In this document: positions 35,561-48,200 of the stretch, one piece after another
Layout: each line of letters begins with the position of its first letter
How positions within the stretch are numbered: the stretch's first letter is position 1
DNA from: Pelomyxa schiedti
Taxonomy: Eukaryota > Protista > Evosea
Direction: 5' to 3'
NCBI GenBank assembly: GCA_020536535.1
Contig: JAHLWZ010000286.1
Location: forward strand, 1-51,520
Length of the DNA stretch: 51,520 nucleotides
Position numbers and translations under genes: made by a program
The notes under the pieces: generated by a model
Told to the model about the DNA's origin: nothing
The model's input: only the letters and a program-made list of their open reading frames with translations
Database searches by the model: none

Positions 35561-37741
35561 ATGATTGCGCAGCTTAACTTGTTGCTGGTCTTGTGCTCCT
35601 CTTTGTTGGTGCGTAGTTGCTGTCAGAAACTGCAGAGTGGACCAGCTCCTGACTGGGTTGGTATGATGAGAGGACAATAATTCATCAACTTATCGCTTTA
35701 AGGCTTTGGTGTTTCTTTGACTCCAGCAAAGGGTGTTGCCTGGAGCCAACAACACAATTTTCTTGTGGGTACAACACAGGGAGAAGTCATTACTGTGGAT
35801 GACAGTGGTAACCCGGCTACCTTTCTTGATGACTCTCACCTGGGGACTGTGCTTGGAATTGTTACTGTCGAGAGCTTAAACTTGTTGTACTTATGCACAG
35901 TGCAGAACTTGTCTGAGGTTTGTAGAATAGTAGCGTGAGTCTCTTATCTCCTGTGTATAATAGTGTTTTCTAGGAACTGGGAAATTCTGGAGTTCTTTTA
36001 GTAGCTTTGGATTCCGGCGACTCCCTCAATGTTCGTGAATAATTTACTGCCGCTATGACTCTTCTCACTCTTATGAAGTATCTTCCACTTGCCACCAATG
36101 AGTCTGCGTATCCAAGTGATATTACTGTTGACGAAATAACTGGCACTGCCTTCGTAGTGGATTCTTCTTTGGCGATTATATACAGAATAACCAACGGAAA
36201 GACTGTAGAAGCATGGATAACAACGCCAGAGTATGTTGGCTTCCCTGCTTCCTCCTCCCTAAGGGCACCAATAGAATCCGTTCTGTGACAGGCATCACCT
36301 TAGCCAATAATGGAAGTATTCTTCTTGCGGTATCAGAGAAGGGTTACTTGTTGGCACTTGATACAACTGAAAAAACCCCAACCATTTCAAATTGCAAGTT
36401 ATCACAAGCACTCAATGAGGCGAGGGATATATCTGTAGACACACATACAAACGAGGAAGTCATTGTGGCAGCAAAGGACAAGATTTTCAGAGTGACAGCA
36501 CCACCTGATGGATGGCTCTCGTGTGGCACACTCCTCACAGACCTCTTATAAGTTAACCATTGAAAGGGAGGGACTCTTTCAAGTTAGCCAGTGTGATCCA
36601 AAACTCAGCTTGCCAATTAGAGCTTGTACTCTGAGAAACGGTAGCTTAGAGCTATTTCATGATTCCTCTTCCAAAAATCAAAACTACTTCTACTTTGAGA
36701 AGTACGCTGAAGGATTTGAGCAAGAAACCCCAGAACTTATAACTGCAAACAGGGTATATCTTCACACTACTGGCTTGACGATAATAACAGATTAAGAACG
36801 GAATCAGTCCAGAGGGTATTGAATGGAGTGATGTGCAACAAGGATTTTTCCTTAGTTCCACCACAGATGGGTCTATTTACTTAGCAGATGATTCTGGACT
36901 CGTGCAACAATTTGTACCACAAAGTACAACTGGAATAGCCTCCGTAGGAATACACACAGATAATATGCAAGGGATTGTAGTTTACGGGTTCCATAACGCC
37001 AGTATTTTCTCTGGTCCAGTGGTAGGATTCGAGTGTGGTATCAACATCTTGGACATTGTCAGTAGAAATGTTATTCAGACGGTAGATTTATCATTTTTCC
37101 CTGATACCACTTCTCGGCACCTTATAAATGATGTAACTACGGATTCTCTTGGTAACATCTATGGCACTGACTCATTTGGGAATCTCGTGTGGAAAGTTTC
37201 TCAATGGAGGGATGGCCTTTCAGTGTCTGTGAGCGCAACATTTGCAATCATTGTAAATTCTTCAGTATGCTCAAGTCTTGGCTTGAACGGGATTGCACAG
37301 ATCCCGCATTCTAATAACTTATTGGTGGGGTCTTGTACTTCTGGACAACTCTTCCTGCTGTACACTGGTATGTGCGCAAAATGTTCAAACAATGTTCTCA
37401 TGAGACCTTCTTTAAAAGAATCCTCCAATTATACTGAAGTAACTTTGTCAGAGCCCATCTGGGGCACTGATGGCCTCGTTGTGTGCCCTTCAGGGGCATG
37501 TGCGTACTCAACTTCTGCATCATGGATGTACTACATTGAGACCAGTGACACATGGTTATCAGCTACAGTAACAAAGTACTCGAGCCAGTTCAGCACAGAA
37601 TATGGCACAACAACTGCAACTCTGCGTTATGGAGAACCATACGCACTTCATTCCAAAGTGAGCTCACAGCAGAGTGTCTTTCCAATTGAAAACATTGGAA
37701 CGGAAGCAAATCCTCAGAGTGCCAACCTGGCATTAAAATAA
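35561..37741 (+). CDS. Secreted protein with two SMP-30/gluconolactonase-like beta-propeller domains
   Basis: Signal peptide MIAQLNLLLVLCSSLLVRSCC. Paired motifs TPAKGVAWS / SPEGIEWSD, YPSDITVD..AFVVDS / INDVTTDSLGNIYGTDS, and VTGITL / LNGIA. Confidence 0.65.
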
Positions 37742-37836
37742 TTCAAAATTCAGTCATATACGTGGCCTCCCCGTCTTGTTGCCAAGTGCTTCCAATTTCA
37801 AAAAACCGTTGTCTCGTAAGAACTCTCTTTTTGATA

Positions 37837-39655
37837 ATGACACTTGTGGAGAAGATAGTGCTACGGCACACCAACTTGGCTCAGCGCCCGTCTCCGGGAG
37901 ATTATGTCACTCTTCGCGTAGACGTGCGCGCAGCAAGGGACGTCGGCGGCCCAGGCATCATCAAGAGGCTGCGAAAAAAGGTTTCTTTTGTTTGCTCCGA
38001 ACTCATGACCTGTTTTTAACTGCCTGTTGTAACTGCACTTTATTTAACGTTGAACGGGTGAGGTGCCAGTGGTTGTTTGGGTGTGCATTTATGTGCTTAT
38101 TCTGATGATGGTTTGTTGGGCTGGTGTGGGGGCCGGGTGGGGTGTGGGGTGGGATGTAGGGCCTGTCGATAGAGGAGGCAGACAAGACGTGCATGATGCT
38201 GGACTGCTACCCCCTCGGGGCGGAGAGCCACCACGAATGCCGCGAGTTCGCGCAGGAGCGCGGCATGAGGCTGCTGGACGTGGACCAGGGCATCGGCTCC
38301 CACGTGCTCATTAGGAGGGGCATAGTGGGCCCCGGCGGCGTCTTTGCTTGCACCGATTCCCACGCCAACATAGTCGGCGCTGTGGGAGCTCTGGGCCTGG
38401 TGTGTTGCGTTTGCGTTTGCGTTTGCGTTTGCGTTTGCGTTTGCGTTTGCGTTTGCGTTTGCGTTTGCGTTCGTTTGCGTTGGCGTTGGCGTTGCCTCCT
38501 TCCTTCTTCCCCTCTTCAATACATTGATGAGTTCGTTCATGCCACACCTAAGTGATGGCAAAACTAATATCTACTCCTATGGAACGCTTTATGGGTTTTT
38601 GTAGGGTATGGGAGAGGTTGATATTGCACACTTGTTTGCCACTGGCGAGACCTGGTTCAAGGTTCCACCCTCGGTGAAGCTTGAGCTGACTGGAACACTG
38701 CCTGAGACTTCAACCCCAAAGGATGTGGCACTCGCCCTCTTACAGACATTCCATTGTGATACATTTCTTGGTGCTTCGATGGAGTTGGTTGGAAGCTACA
38801 CAGGTTTCTTTGATTGTGGTATCTTGGATTCATAGTCTTTAGAAAGTTTGGACCTTGCTGGCAGGATAACAATTTGTTCACTAGCAACGGAACTTGGTGT
38901 TCTTGCCATACTCATTCAACCCACTGAGGAAATATTGAGAGCAACTTCTTGCAATAGTAATTAGCACCACAATTCTCGTCATTATTTATTTTAATGTTTT
39001 AGGTATTGGACATCATGACCTTCAGCCCGATGATGATGCTCAGTATTCGCAAGTCCTCACATTTGACATATCTCACGTGCAACCACTGGTATCATTACCC
39101 GGCAACCCTGAAAACGTCGTTACAGTAAAGGAAATTCTAGGAACAAAGGTTATGACGCACTCAGAAACCACAAATATTTACAACCAATAGATTGATTCAT
39201 GTCTTATTGGCTCCTGTACAAATAGTAGTATCGAGGACTTACGAGTTGTAGCAAAAATCCTTTCTGTAAGCGACATTGCAAGCTAAATTCACAAGTCTTA
39301 CTGGTCAAGGGCCGACCTGTGGCTACAGGAGTAATACTCAAAATTGTTCCTGCAACCAGAGGCGATTATGTTCAGGCACTAGAAGAAGGTTTGATGAAAA
39401 TCTTCCTAGATTCGGGTGCCATTGTTGCAAATCCTGGCTGTGCGGGATGTGCAGCTGGCCAAGTTGGGCAAACTGGCGTGGGAGAAGTACCAATACACAA
39501 CACCAACAAATACTCACATCAAATAGGTGAGCTTAAGTTCTGGCAACAGAAATTTCCCAGGAAAGCAAGGTGGAGGACAGGTGTTCTTGGCATCTCCTGC
39601 TACGATTGCAGCTAGTGCTTTAATGGGACACATTACCACAACCGATTTCCTTTGA
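37837..39655 (+). CDS. Aconitase-family hydratase large subunit (LeuC/HacA-like, prokaryotic two-subunit type)
   Basis: [44 protein letters not shown] ([4Fe-4S] ligands), [21 protein letters not shown]. About 7 introns; no swivel (LeuD) domain. Confidence 0.9.
38405..38471 (+). repeat. (GTTTGC)n intronic microsatellite
   Basis: About 11 tandem hexamers right after the donor of intron 2 of the LeuC-like gene. Confidence 0.95.
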
Positions 39656-39679
39656 AATGAGACTATATTTTTCCCAAAG

Positions 39680-40586
39680 TTAAAAAGAGTGACGTGGGAG
39701 AATGGCTGCTTGACATGAAGTGATTAGTTCTTTGAAGTGTTCAGCATCTTGAAGTGTACCAACGACATCTCCCCAGTGGATTGGCTAATGAGTGAAGTAA
39801 ACGATTGGGACTAAAATACAACAGGCATATGCATACCACTGCAAATTTGGGCTGAATCACTGAAATGCATTGCGCAGCCTGTGTGGCGTCCATCGTGTAT
39901 GTTCCCCCGATTGGCACCATGGCAACATCGATGTGCTCATTTCTCAACTGTGGAATGTAAGACACAACCCTAAACAACAGTAAAGTTTAACCTGTTCCAT
40001 TTCCGGGCAAATACTAGTATCACCAGCATGGTAATATTTGATACCATCAACGGTTATTATGTACCCGACCCATTCTTTTTCCTGTGGACTATGATTTTGA
40101 CCGCAAAAAAAGCGAAAGGGGCCTTACCTTTGGGTGGAATGGCTTGTCAGGATTGTAGGCATGAACACCCTTGATGGTTACTGATCCAATAGTAACTGTT
40201 ACTCCAGGCCTTATGACCTCGATCCTATTCGTAGAGTCTTCACTCCAGTCATCCAACATTATTACCCAAGAGTTTTACGAACTGTGCTTGGAGAAGTCTT
40301 CTGCCACATCAGCAGTCATACACAACACCGTCTTTGGGGAGCACAACCTGCAACGAGGATTAACACAATGGGAAAAAAAAGGGAAAAAAAAAAAACAAAA
40401 AAGCGAAACACACCTGTCGATATCAGATGGAGAGAAGTGGTCTCTGTGAGAGTGGGTAATGCACAAAATGTCAGCAGCCGGGATTACACCCCCAGAGAGC
40501 TTCCAGGGATCCACGAAGACTGTAGTACCGTCCCTAACGCTGGTTATTTGGATGCTCGCATGCCCCAGCCACCGTAGTCCCTCCAT
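39680..40586 (-). CDS. Metallo-beta-lactamase-fold hydrolase (UlaG-like), prokaryote-like
   Basis: RWLGHAS, VDPW, ITHSHRDH, AYN..KPFHPK, YHAGDT, PIGGTYTM, PIHWG. Confidence 0.9.
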
Positions 40587-40846
40587 GAACAAAGTTAACG
40601 TTTCGAGGGACAGGTAAACAAAATACGCGGAAAACAGCAGTTGGTGTCCTGGTTTTTATCAAAAACCTCCGTGGCATCTGCCTGGGAGAACGATTTGAGA
40701 TAGGGGTGTTCTGTCTCCAGGGATAGTGCATCGATCTTACTGTTTGTCACTGAGACAAGATTCAGGGCTAGAAAACCCAATGCGCAACCAGGACTCCTCA
40801 TCGCTCCCGTGTGATATCTCAAGACATTCCGCGAAACAACCAAAAG

Positions 40847-42983
40847 ATGACCACCGAGGACTTCGTAGTACTTCCAACGGGAGCTCCTTCGGGCTGTTGT
40901 GTTGATTCCTCAGGTTTTGAGAGGCCTGAGGAGAGCCATTGGCCCAGGTGCAAATTGCTTCTGAGTTGCGGTGCACGTAGGGAGCCATGTTGGCTGAGGT
41001 TGCCGCTGCCGTCACCGCCGTCCCATAATCCAACGGCGACGGAGCACCCGCCCTGCACCTCAAATGCACCCCCTTCGTCGGGAAAGACCTCGACACCCAC
41101 GCAAGCTGCCGCCACGTCGACGGATTCCCCTGCAGCCGAGCAGCAGGGCGGCAGTTCGACCCCCGCCGCGTCCAAAGATGTTTCTTCTGCCGCGGCCTCC
41201 CCTTCAACAAGTGCTGCAACTTGTACGACAAGTAGTAGCAGTAGCAGTAGTAGCGGAACGAGCAGCTGTGCTGTTTCGTCGGACGAAGGCTTCCTGGATT
41301 TCCTATCTCTGGAGAAGATAGAAACAGCAGTCAACGACGTGGAATCCCTGGAACTGTTCCTTGTGAATGTGCAGCCCAAGTTGGTCAGGGCTCTGCCTCT
41401 AAAGGGACTGAGAGCGGCGCTGCCGGCACTGTTTGGAAATGAATGTGCAATTGCGGACTTCTTCCAGAGAATTTTCCCGTAGGCTCTCCTGAAGGCTTCT
41501 TGGGCTTCTTTTTAACCCTCTGACTGTACAATGTCTAGTTATATTTGTCAACTTGCTTTGTTGATAGAGTCTGAGTGGCCTGAGCAAAAACTCCCAGTCC
41601 TAAAATCTGGGATAGATGCTTCAATTACATGGACTCGCAAGCAGGTTTCTACTCAACGAATACTTAGTCCACTGACTGGAGGCACAGGCATCCATTCTTG
41701 TAGCTAATGCATTCTTTTCTTGTTTTACCGGGATTTCATCCTTTTTCAGCTTGTCAGTAGCCTTGCGTGTGTGCGACTAAATGACCTCTTTCTGCTCATC
41801 AGCAACAGAGAATCCGCACACAGCAACTTTAATGGGAGTCCTGCACTACTTTCACAGAATTTGTGATATTCCTCCTGAAGGTGCATTAACAATCCACAGG
41901 TCGCCTTCGTTTTTCATAATGTAATGAACTAACTTGTGTTTCAGACAGTGTATTCCTGTGGCACAAATTCCACACTGGGCAGATCTCACCCTAACACTGA
42001 GCGAAATCAAAATGCTACATAAAGCGGGTATAGAAGATCAAATTGGTGCCATTCGAGCAGATTTTGCAAATCGGGTAAAATATCTGGAAGAATGATATTT
42101 ATTTTAAACCAGAACCAGATGATTGGAGGAGGAGTCCTGAGGGGTGGCTGTGCTCAAGAAGAAATCCTTTTTGGTATCCTGTCACCTGAGTTGATTTCAA
42201 CCATCCTGGTTTGTGACCCAATGGAATCAAATGAAGCCATTATTTTCTCGGGACCAGAGCGATTTTCAACTTATACTGGGTATGGCAATCCCTAATAATT
42301 GTGCGTTTACTTATGGAGGGAAGATATTCACGTGCAGTACAGTGGATTGGAGACTACCAGGACAAGTCACCTTCCACAACTAAAATTGTTGCTTATGATG
42401 CCCTAATGCATCCTATGGCAGGTATTCAACGTACCATCTGTGCCATACACTAATATGTGAATAGCTCAGTATACACGAGAAATGATAGACAGAGAGCTTA
42501 TGAAGGTATATGTGGCACTCTTTGATCCCCAGAGTGCAGCACACAATGCACCCTTTGCAACTGGAAATTGGTAAACAGTCTTTGACTAGTACAAAATTGG
42601 CAACAATCTTTAATCTACCTAGGGGCTGTGGGGAATTTGGTGGCGACCAAGAACTCAAATTAATCATTCAGTGGATAGCCGCCTCAGCAACTGGAAGAGG
42701 TTTTTCACATAACAGATAAACCAGCATACTGACTTAAATAGATGTGTTATACACCTACTGGGGTGATGTGAAATTCATAGATACATTTAACGAATGGCTC
42801 ACAGCTCTCAAGGAACTCAGACCACAACTTACCATAAAAGACCTCTACAGTGCATGTGTTGCAGTCTGTGCGCCAATTTGGGAGGACGCCAAAAAGAATA
42901 CTGAACCAGCTGACGGCAAATACACAACTGTGTTTACGATGGTGCTGGACTATTTTCGTCCCAGCAGATGTTCTATCTCATAA
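40847..42983 (+). CDS. PARG: Poly(ADP-ribose) glycohydrolase
   Basis: ADFANR-MIGGGVLRGGCAQEEILF (GGG-x6-QEE signature), ERFSTYTGY, RELMK, ATGNWGCGEFGGD..LKLIIQWIAAS. Confidence 0.93.
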
Positions 42984-43061
42984 AAAGGAAAAAAAGGAGC
43001 TTCAACCCGAAATACATTTATTTCTTTACGTGCAAAAGCCAAACATTTGTAGTTACAATAA

Positions 43062-45196
43062 CTATGGCCATACACAGCCATGCAAACAAGCACTCAATGT
43101 GGGAGCAATGTCCAAAGGTGAAACAACTGAATCAGAGCACAGAACGAACTGGGTGGAGGCATATCCACATGCCCTCCCTGATTGTGGTGAACCAAATGAG
43201 GTTGATAGCAGCCCAATAGGGTATGTGCTTGTTCCGGCACCATCTGCATTCACCAGGAAATATGCTCCTTCAACGTAGTTCTTAGTAACATTCCCACCAA
43301 TAATGTTGCTGCTCAGATACCAACCTTCATGGGTTAGTTCAAAAAGAAAACAATAGGATATACCATGGGGACCGAGGTTGATACCATAGGTACAACCCTT
43401 GCAGCTCACTGAATTCCCCGATATAGCTGTATTTCTAAAATCCCCGGAAGTAGAGCCATCAAAATTATCCAGCATCAAACCAGCGAAAGCTGGCTGTGCA
43501 GAGTGGTAGAAGGTGTTGTAAGATATAGTTGCCCCTTGTGCTCCGCCACATATGAGGTCTACATCGCTTTTTTAAAAGGTTAATCATTTTAGTCAGTAGA
43601 ATTATTTTTTAAAAAAACCTATTATCTTGGAAGTAGTTCCCAATCACCTGTGTCTGGAAGCCTGTGGAGTGAGCAGATAAAAGTGTGAGGCCATCAGACC
43701 ACATCATGTTCGTATTGTGGTCGCCATTGGGTCCAAACAAGTTATTGGTAATAGTTGCACTATCTCCGGACCACTCACAACTACTGCCACATACTGTGTT
43801 CCTTGACACGGAAGCAGTCAAGGTGCAGTTCGTGCATGAGGACACCTACATCAAATGCATTCAGAGTGTATGAGCAGAAAGAAAGGTTTACCTGCATGTT
43901 ATAGCCATATCTGGTTGATCCAGTGCTGCATTGATTCCAGGCGGCAGAACCTACCCTTGCAGCCCGGTTTCCATCAATAACAATATGGTCAATTACTATC
44001 TAATCTGATCAATAAGTGTCACAGTGTTTCAATCAGTAGTCATTACCCCAGATCCCTCCAATAGCAGTAATCCACCAAACGCAAACAAAGTTGGAGAAGC
44101 TAGAAGCACGGCGCAAGAGGCCCCATCTTTGCACGCCGGCAGTGATTCTGAACCACTTGTTCGGAGGGTAACTGGTGTATTTACTACTATCTGAGAAGAG
44201 ATCAAGTATGTTCCGGCGGGAAGAGACACTGTCCCATATATCCCGGCTTGGGTAATGCATGTCTGAAAAAGTTTATTGAACGAAATGTTTTATTTGAAAT
44301 TACTTGAATAGCAGAATCAGCCGCCGACTGCCCAGTATTGTCTGCGTAAATCCCACTGCATATTTCCACCAATGATTCAGGTTTAGGAAGACCGCAAGTG
44401 ACAATGTGTGCTCCAACAATTCCTTCACTTGCATCGACATGCACTCTCAACCAGTCCTCAGTATCTCCACCACAAGAGCAAGAACCGCTGTATGGATTCG
44501 AAACCATGCAGACAGTTCCCTGGCCGACGTCATCTTGAAGCTCCCAAGCACAACCAAAGGTTGATGAAGAACCAAGGGAGTCAGGACCACAGCAAATACC
44601 CAGATGAGAGCCAACCAAACCCCCAGTGGATGTGTCAGCAATGACGCGAGTATAGGTGGTCACAAAGCCACTAGGGCATTCACATCCACCAGAAAATACA
44701 TTGGGTATACGGCAACCTTGCCCACCATCAGCATCATCATCCCTCTGTGCAAAAAAAGAAAAAAAAAGTCAGCACATCCAGGTAACACATTCGTTCAACT
44801 TTACTTGGAATGTCCCTCCATAGGCGTTGTCAATGGCCCCAGAATCACACATATAGATATATCCTCCTACCAAATTGTTAAACAAGGCCCCACCGTAATC
44901 AGGACATTCCCGCAATTGCAATCCCAACCAACCACAACCCAAGCAACTGCAACTGGAACTAGACTAGACCCACCCATAATGTCGTTGACGACCCTTGCGG
45001 CTGCCCTTGGGGTGTACCCCGCCGGGCACGAGCACCCGCCGCCGCCCGCCACGGTGTTCCCGTTGTTGCACACCCCGTCGTCGTCCTGCTCGTACGACCC
45101 CCCGTACGACTGCGACGACCCGTGCGCCACCCCACCACAACACATCACGCCCACAGCCACGAAGGCGGCGGCTGCTACACCCACAACTGTGTGCAT
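43062..45196 (-). CDS. Secreted protein: three Cys-rich repeats plus a right-handed parallel beta-helix (pectin-lyase-like) domain
   Basis: Signal peptide. AIQACI..VSLPAGTYLISSQI and IDHIVIDGNR open the beta-helix; later WSDGLTL, DNSDVDLICGG, AFAGLMLDNF, GINLGPH. Confidence 0.75.
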
Positions 45197-45293
45197 GGTC
45201 CTCCTTGCCTTTTGGAACTTCGGCGGATCCGATAAAGGCTGAGGAGAAAAAAACCGAAGATCTGATCTGGAAAGTAGAATTTGGAACACGCAA

Positions 45294-48200
45294 ATGACGA
45301 CAAACACGCAGGGGTACGCGACATGCCGCATATGCCTGGCGGACGGGCCAATCTTTCAGTCAGACTCCGAAGCAGGTTGTATCTGCGTCTGCAGTAGACA
45401 GGTCTATTTTTAACCCAGAAAAAGCCGCACGGCGACACGAGACCGGATGTGCGTCTGCATCTGCGACAACGACTAGATCTCCCTTGTCAATCAGCAGTAA
45501 CAACAACGATGATGTCAAGATCGACTTTGGCAGCCACAGCGTAACATACGGCAGCAACAACAACAACCGCAGCGGCTACGGCGTAGACGACGAGATGGAG
45601 TGCGTAATTCAGCCGTGCATGTGCCGTGGAACGATGAGCTACGCCCACCCCTCGTGCCTGCAGACGTGGATCTTGACGATTTCGGCTCCCTCGTCGACGG
45701 CAGCGGCCGCACTCGCCGCGCGAAATCAACGGCAAGTTGCGGCGAGGAACCAGCAAAACGGCGAGAACGAGGAAGCGGGAGGTGACGGAGTGGGAGCGAG
45801 GAGGAGGACCGCGTTTGCGTGCGAGGTGTGTGGGTGCCCGTACAATGTGAGATATAGGGTGGAGCACGACGGCGTGTTGAGCTTCTTGACGAGTCTGAGC
45901 AGCCCGCGAGTTGTGAGAAAGTTCTGGATGGTATTGGCGTATTGCTGTGCGTGCGTTACCATGTTTTTCACTCTCTCTGCTACGATGAAGGCCGTGGCGT
46001 TTGGAGTTATGCTGTTCTGCTCTTTGGGAATCTTGTGCCTGAGCCTGAGAAAGCCACTAGCCTCGAATTCTGTTCAACAAAGGTTTCCAAGGAGATTCTT
46101 GTCTTCCCTTGTACCGCATGTTGCGCCACGTATCGAACATTCTTACATGGCACCACTTCCTATATTTTGCTCCCTTGGAGTCTTGATTATTCTCTTGGGA
46201 TACTTGATCCTTGTTACCGCCTTTGTCATTGACTCTGAGATGTATTCCACTGGTACTTTATTAGACTTTTCACTCGACTTGGGTTGGTGGGATGCGGACC
46301 TGACATGGCAAGATACAGATGGACTGTGTGTTCTTGGAGGGGGTTTTCTGGCGTGCTACGCTATCGCGTTGTGGTTGAGCTGCAATGTGTGGGGTGTTCT
46401 TTTGTTACTCTGGCAGTCTTTCAAAAGTGCCTCACTGGCAAACAGGCACCCTGGTTGTGCTGGTGCCTGTTTGCGCCTTTGTGTTGCACTTGATATCCGG
46501 AGATTGTGGGTTAGTGCATCAAAACAGCAGAGATGCTGGCTGACAGTAACCTGCATAGTGCCACTTGCTGTGAGCTTCTTTCTTGTTGGGTGCAGAGGAA
46601 AACTCATTGTCATGGCATTCCTTGTGGCCTTTGTTCTGGGTATGATATCCTTGCATGCTTTATGTGCCTCCGACACAGCGTCAAAAGCAACACTCGTGCT
46701 TTGCATATTTGGACTCGTGGTGCTGTTCACTGGAATATTGAGTGTTTTTGGATTCATTTACTCGCCTCCTGCAACCTCTCAGCGGGAACTGAGATTTACC
46801 ATTCCACCAGAGATGTTGTATAGCTCCATTTTGAAGGAAGAAAACTCGGAAGGAGAAAGATCACCATCTCATATGATGACTGTTGTTGGCAGTGGCGATT
46901 CACGAATATCTTTTAGAGTGGTAAGATATGACTGATACTTTTCACAGTAATTTATTTTTGACAGGATACAAATCCCCTTCTCCAAGAGATGCGTGGCCCT
47001 TTGTGGGGTAGGTCTTCATACAACGGTAAAAGGAACAGTAATGCACTTTTATCTGTTACAATATATTGAAGGTTGCAAGAATTTCCCACCAGAGATAACC
47101 CCTGGCTCCATTATTGTTGTTGGCAGTGGGGGATGTCCTGCTTTGGTGAAACTTAGACACGCAATTGCTGCAGGAGCATCTGCTATAGTTCTGCCTTCCT
47201 CTCCTCCTCGCAACAGACCGATTTACACAGTAGCTGACTTCAACACCTCTTCAATCCCTGTAATTTGTGCTCCTTTCACAGGGGTACACTTTTTACTGGA
47301 GAGGTGTGGCTCGCGCTTGTGTGAATCTAGCTTCAGGCAAGCCCAAAAAGGAGATCAACCACGGCTTCCCGGGTCTTTGACAGTGGTACTTTGTACAATA
47401 TTTTCCCCCACTAACAATGAGAAGGAAAGGTTCGATTATTCCGCCTGCAAAAAATTGGCCAATGTGGTATAAGCAGTCTTTCTCACAGTCGTTAACTCAC
47501 TAATTAGAAACCAGTCTCACTCCTCACTTTTGTGGACAAGGCACACCACATCAACATGTACAGTGATTTGGGAGATATGGTGTTGTATGGGATTGCATCT
47601 GAGATGTTCGACGGTGGGCCAAACGGAAGCCGAGCTCTGGACTGTGAATTTAGGTTAGTCTCAAAGTTCTTTGTTTACTCCTCAATTGCATCAGTTGCGA
47701 GGGAGCAACAAAGCCTGTCACCTCTTGCAGTGCGGCTCCTCCGTGCAATCTATTCAACTTTTGCAAGCATGGTGACAACAGTGTCTGTGGATATTCCAAG
47801 CTCGTGCTATACTTTGGTTTCAACGGCGGTGTGATTGTGATGGCCTGCGCAGTTTTCTCGTTCTCCTGCATATTTGCCTCATGCACGTGGCTATTACACA
47901 GAGCCAGAAGGCGCGATGTGCCGCATGTAAACCATCTTCTGCAACAGGGTGACCGCAACGTCATGAACATCATGGAAGACGTTGGCAACCACAGAGCCGG
48001 AGAGGAGGAGCAACCTTTGCTTCAAGAAAGGCATCAGCTACCTCTATTTGAACAGCAACCGCTGCATGCACCAGTAAATGCCGAACAAGGGCACGCAGAC
48101 CAAATACTCCCACCAGAGCAGCCTCCTCACAACCGTGCAGTCCCATCTGACATTGAAGGAGAGCTGTGGCTGTTGGTAATGGTGCTCGTGTGCTACTGCG

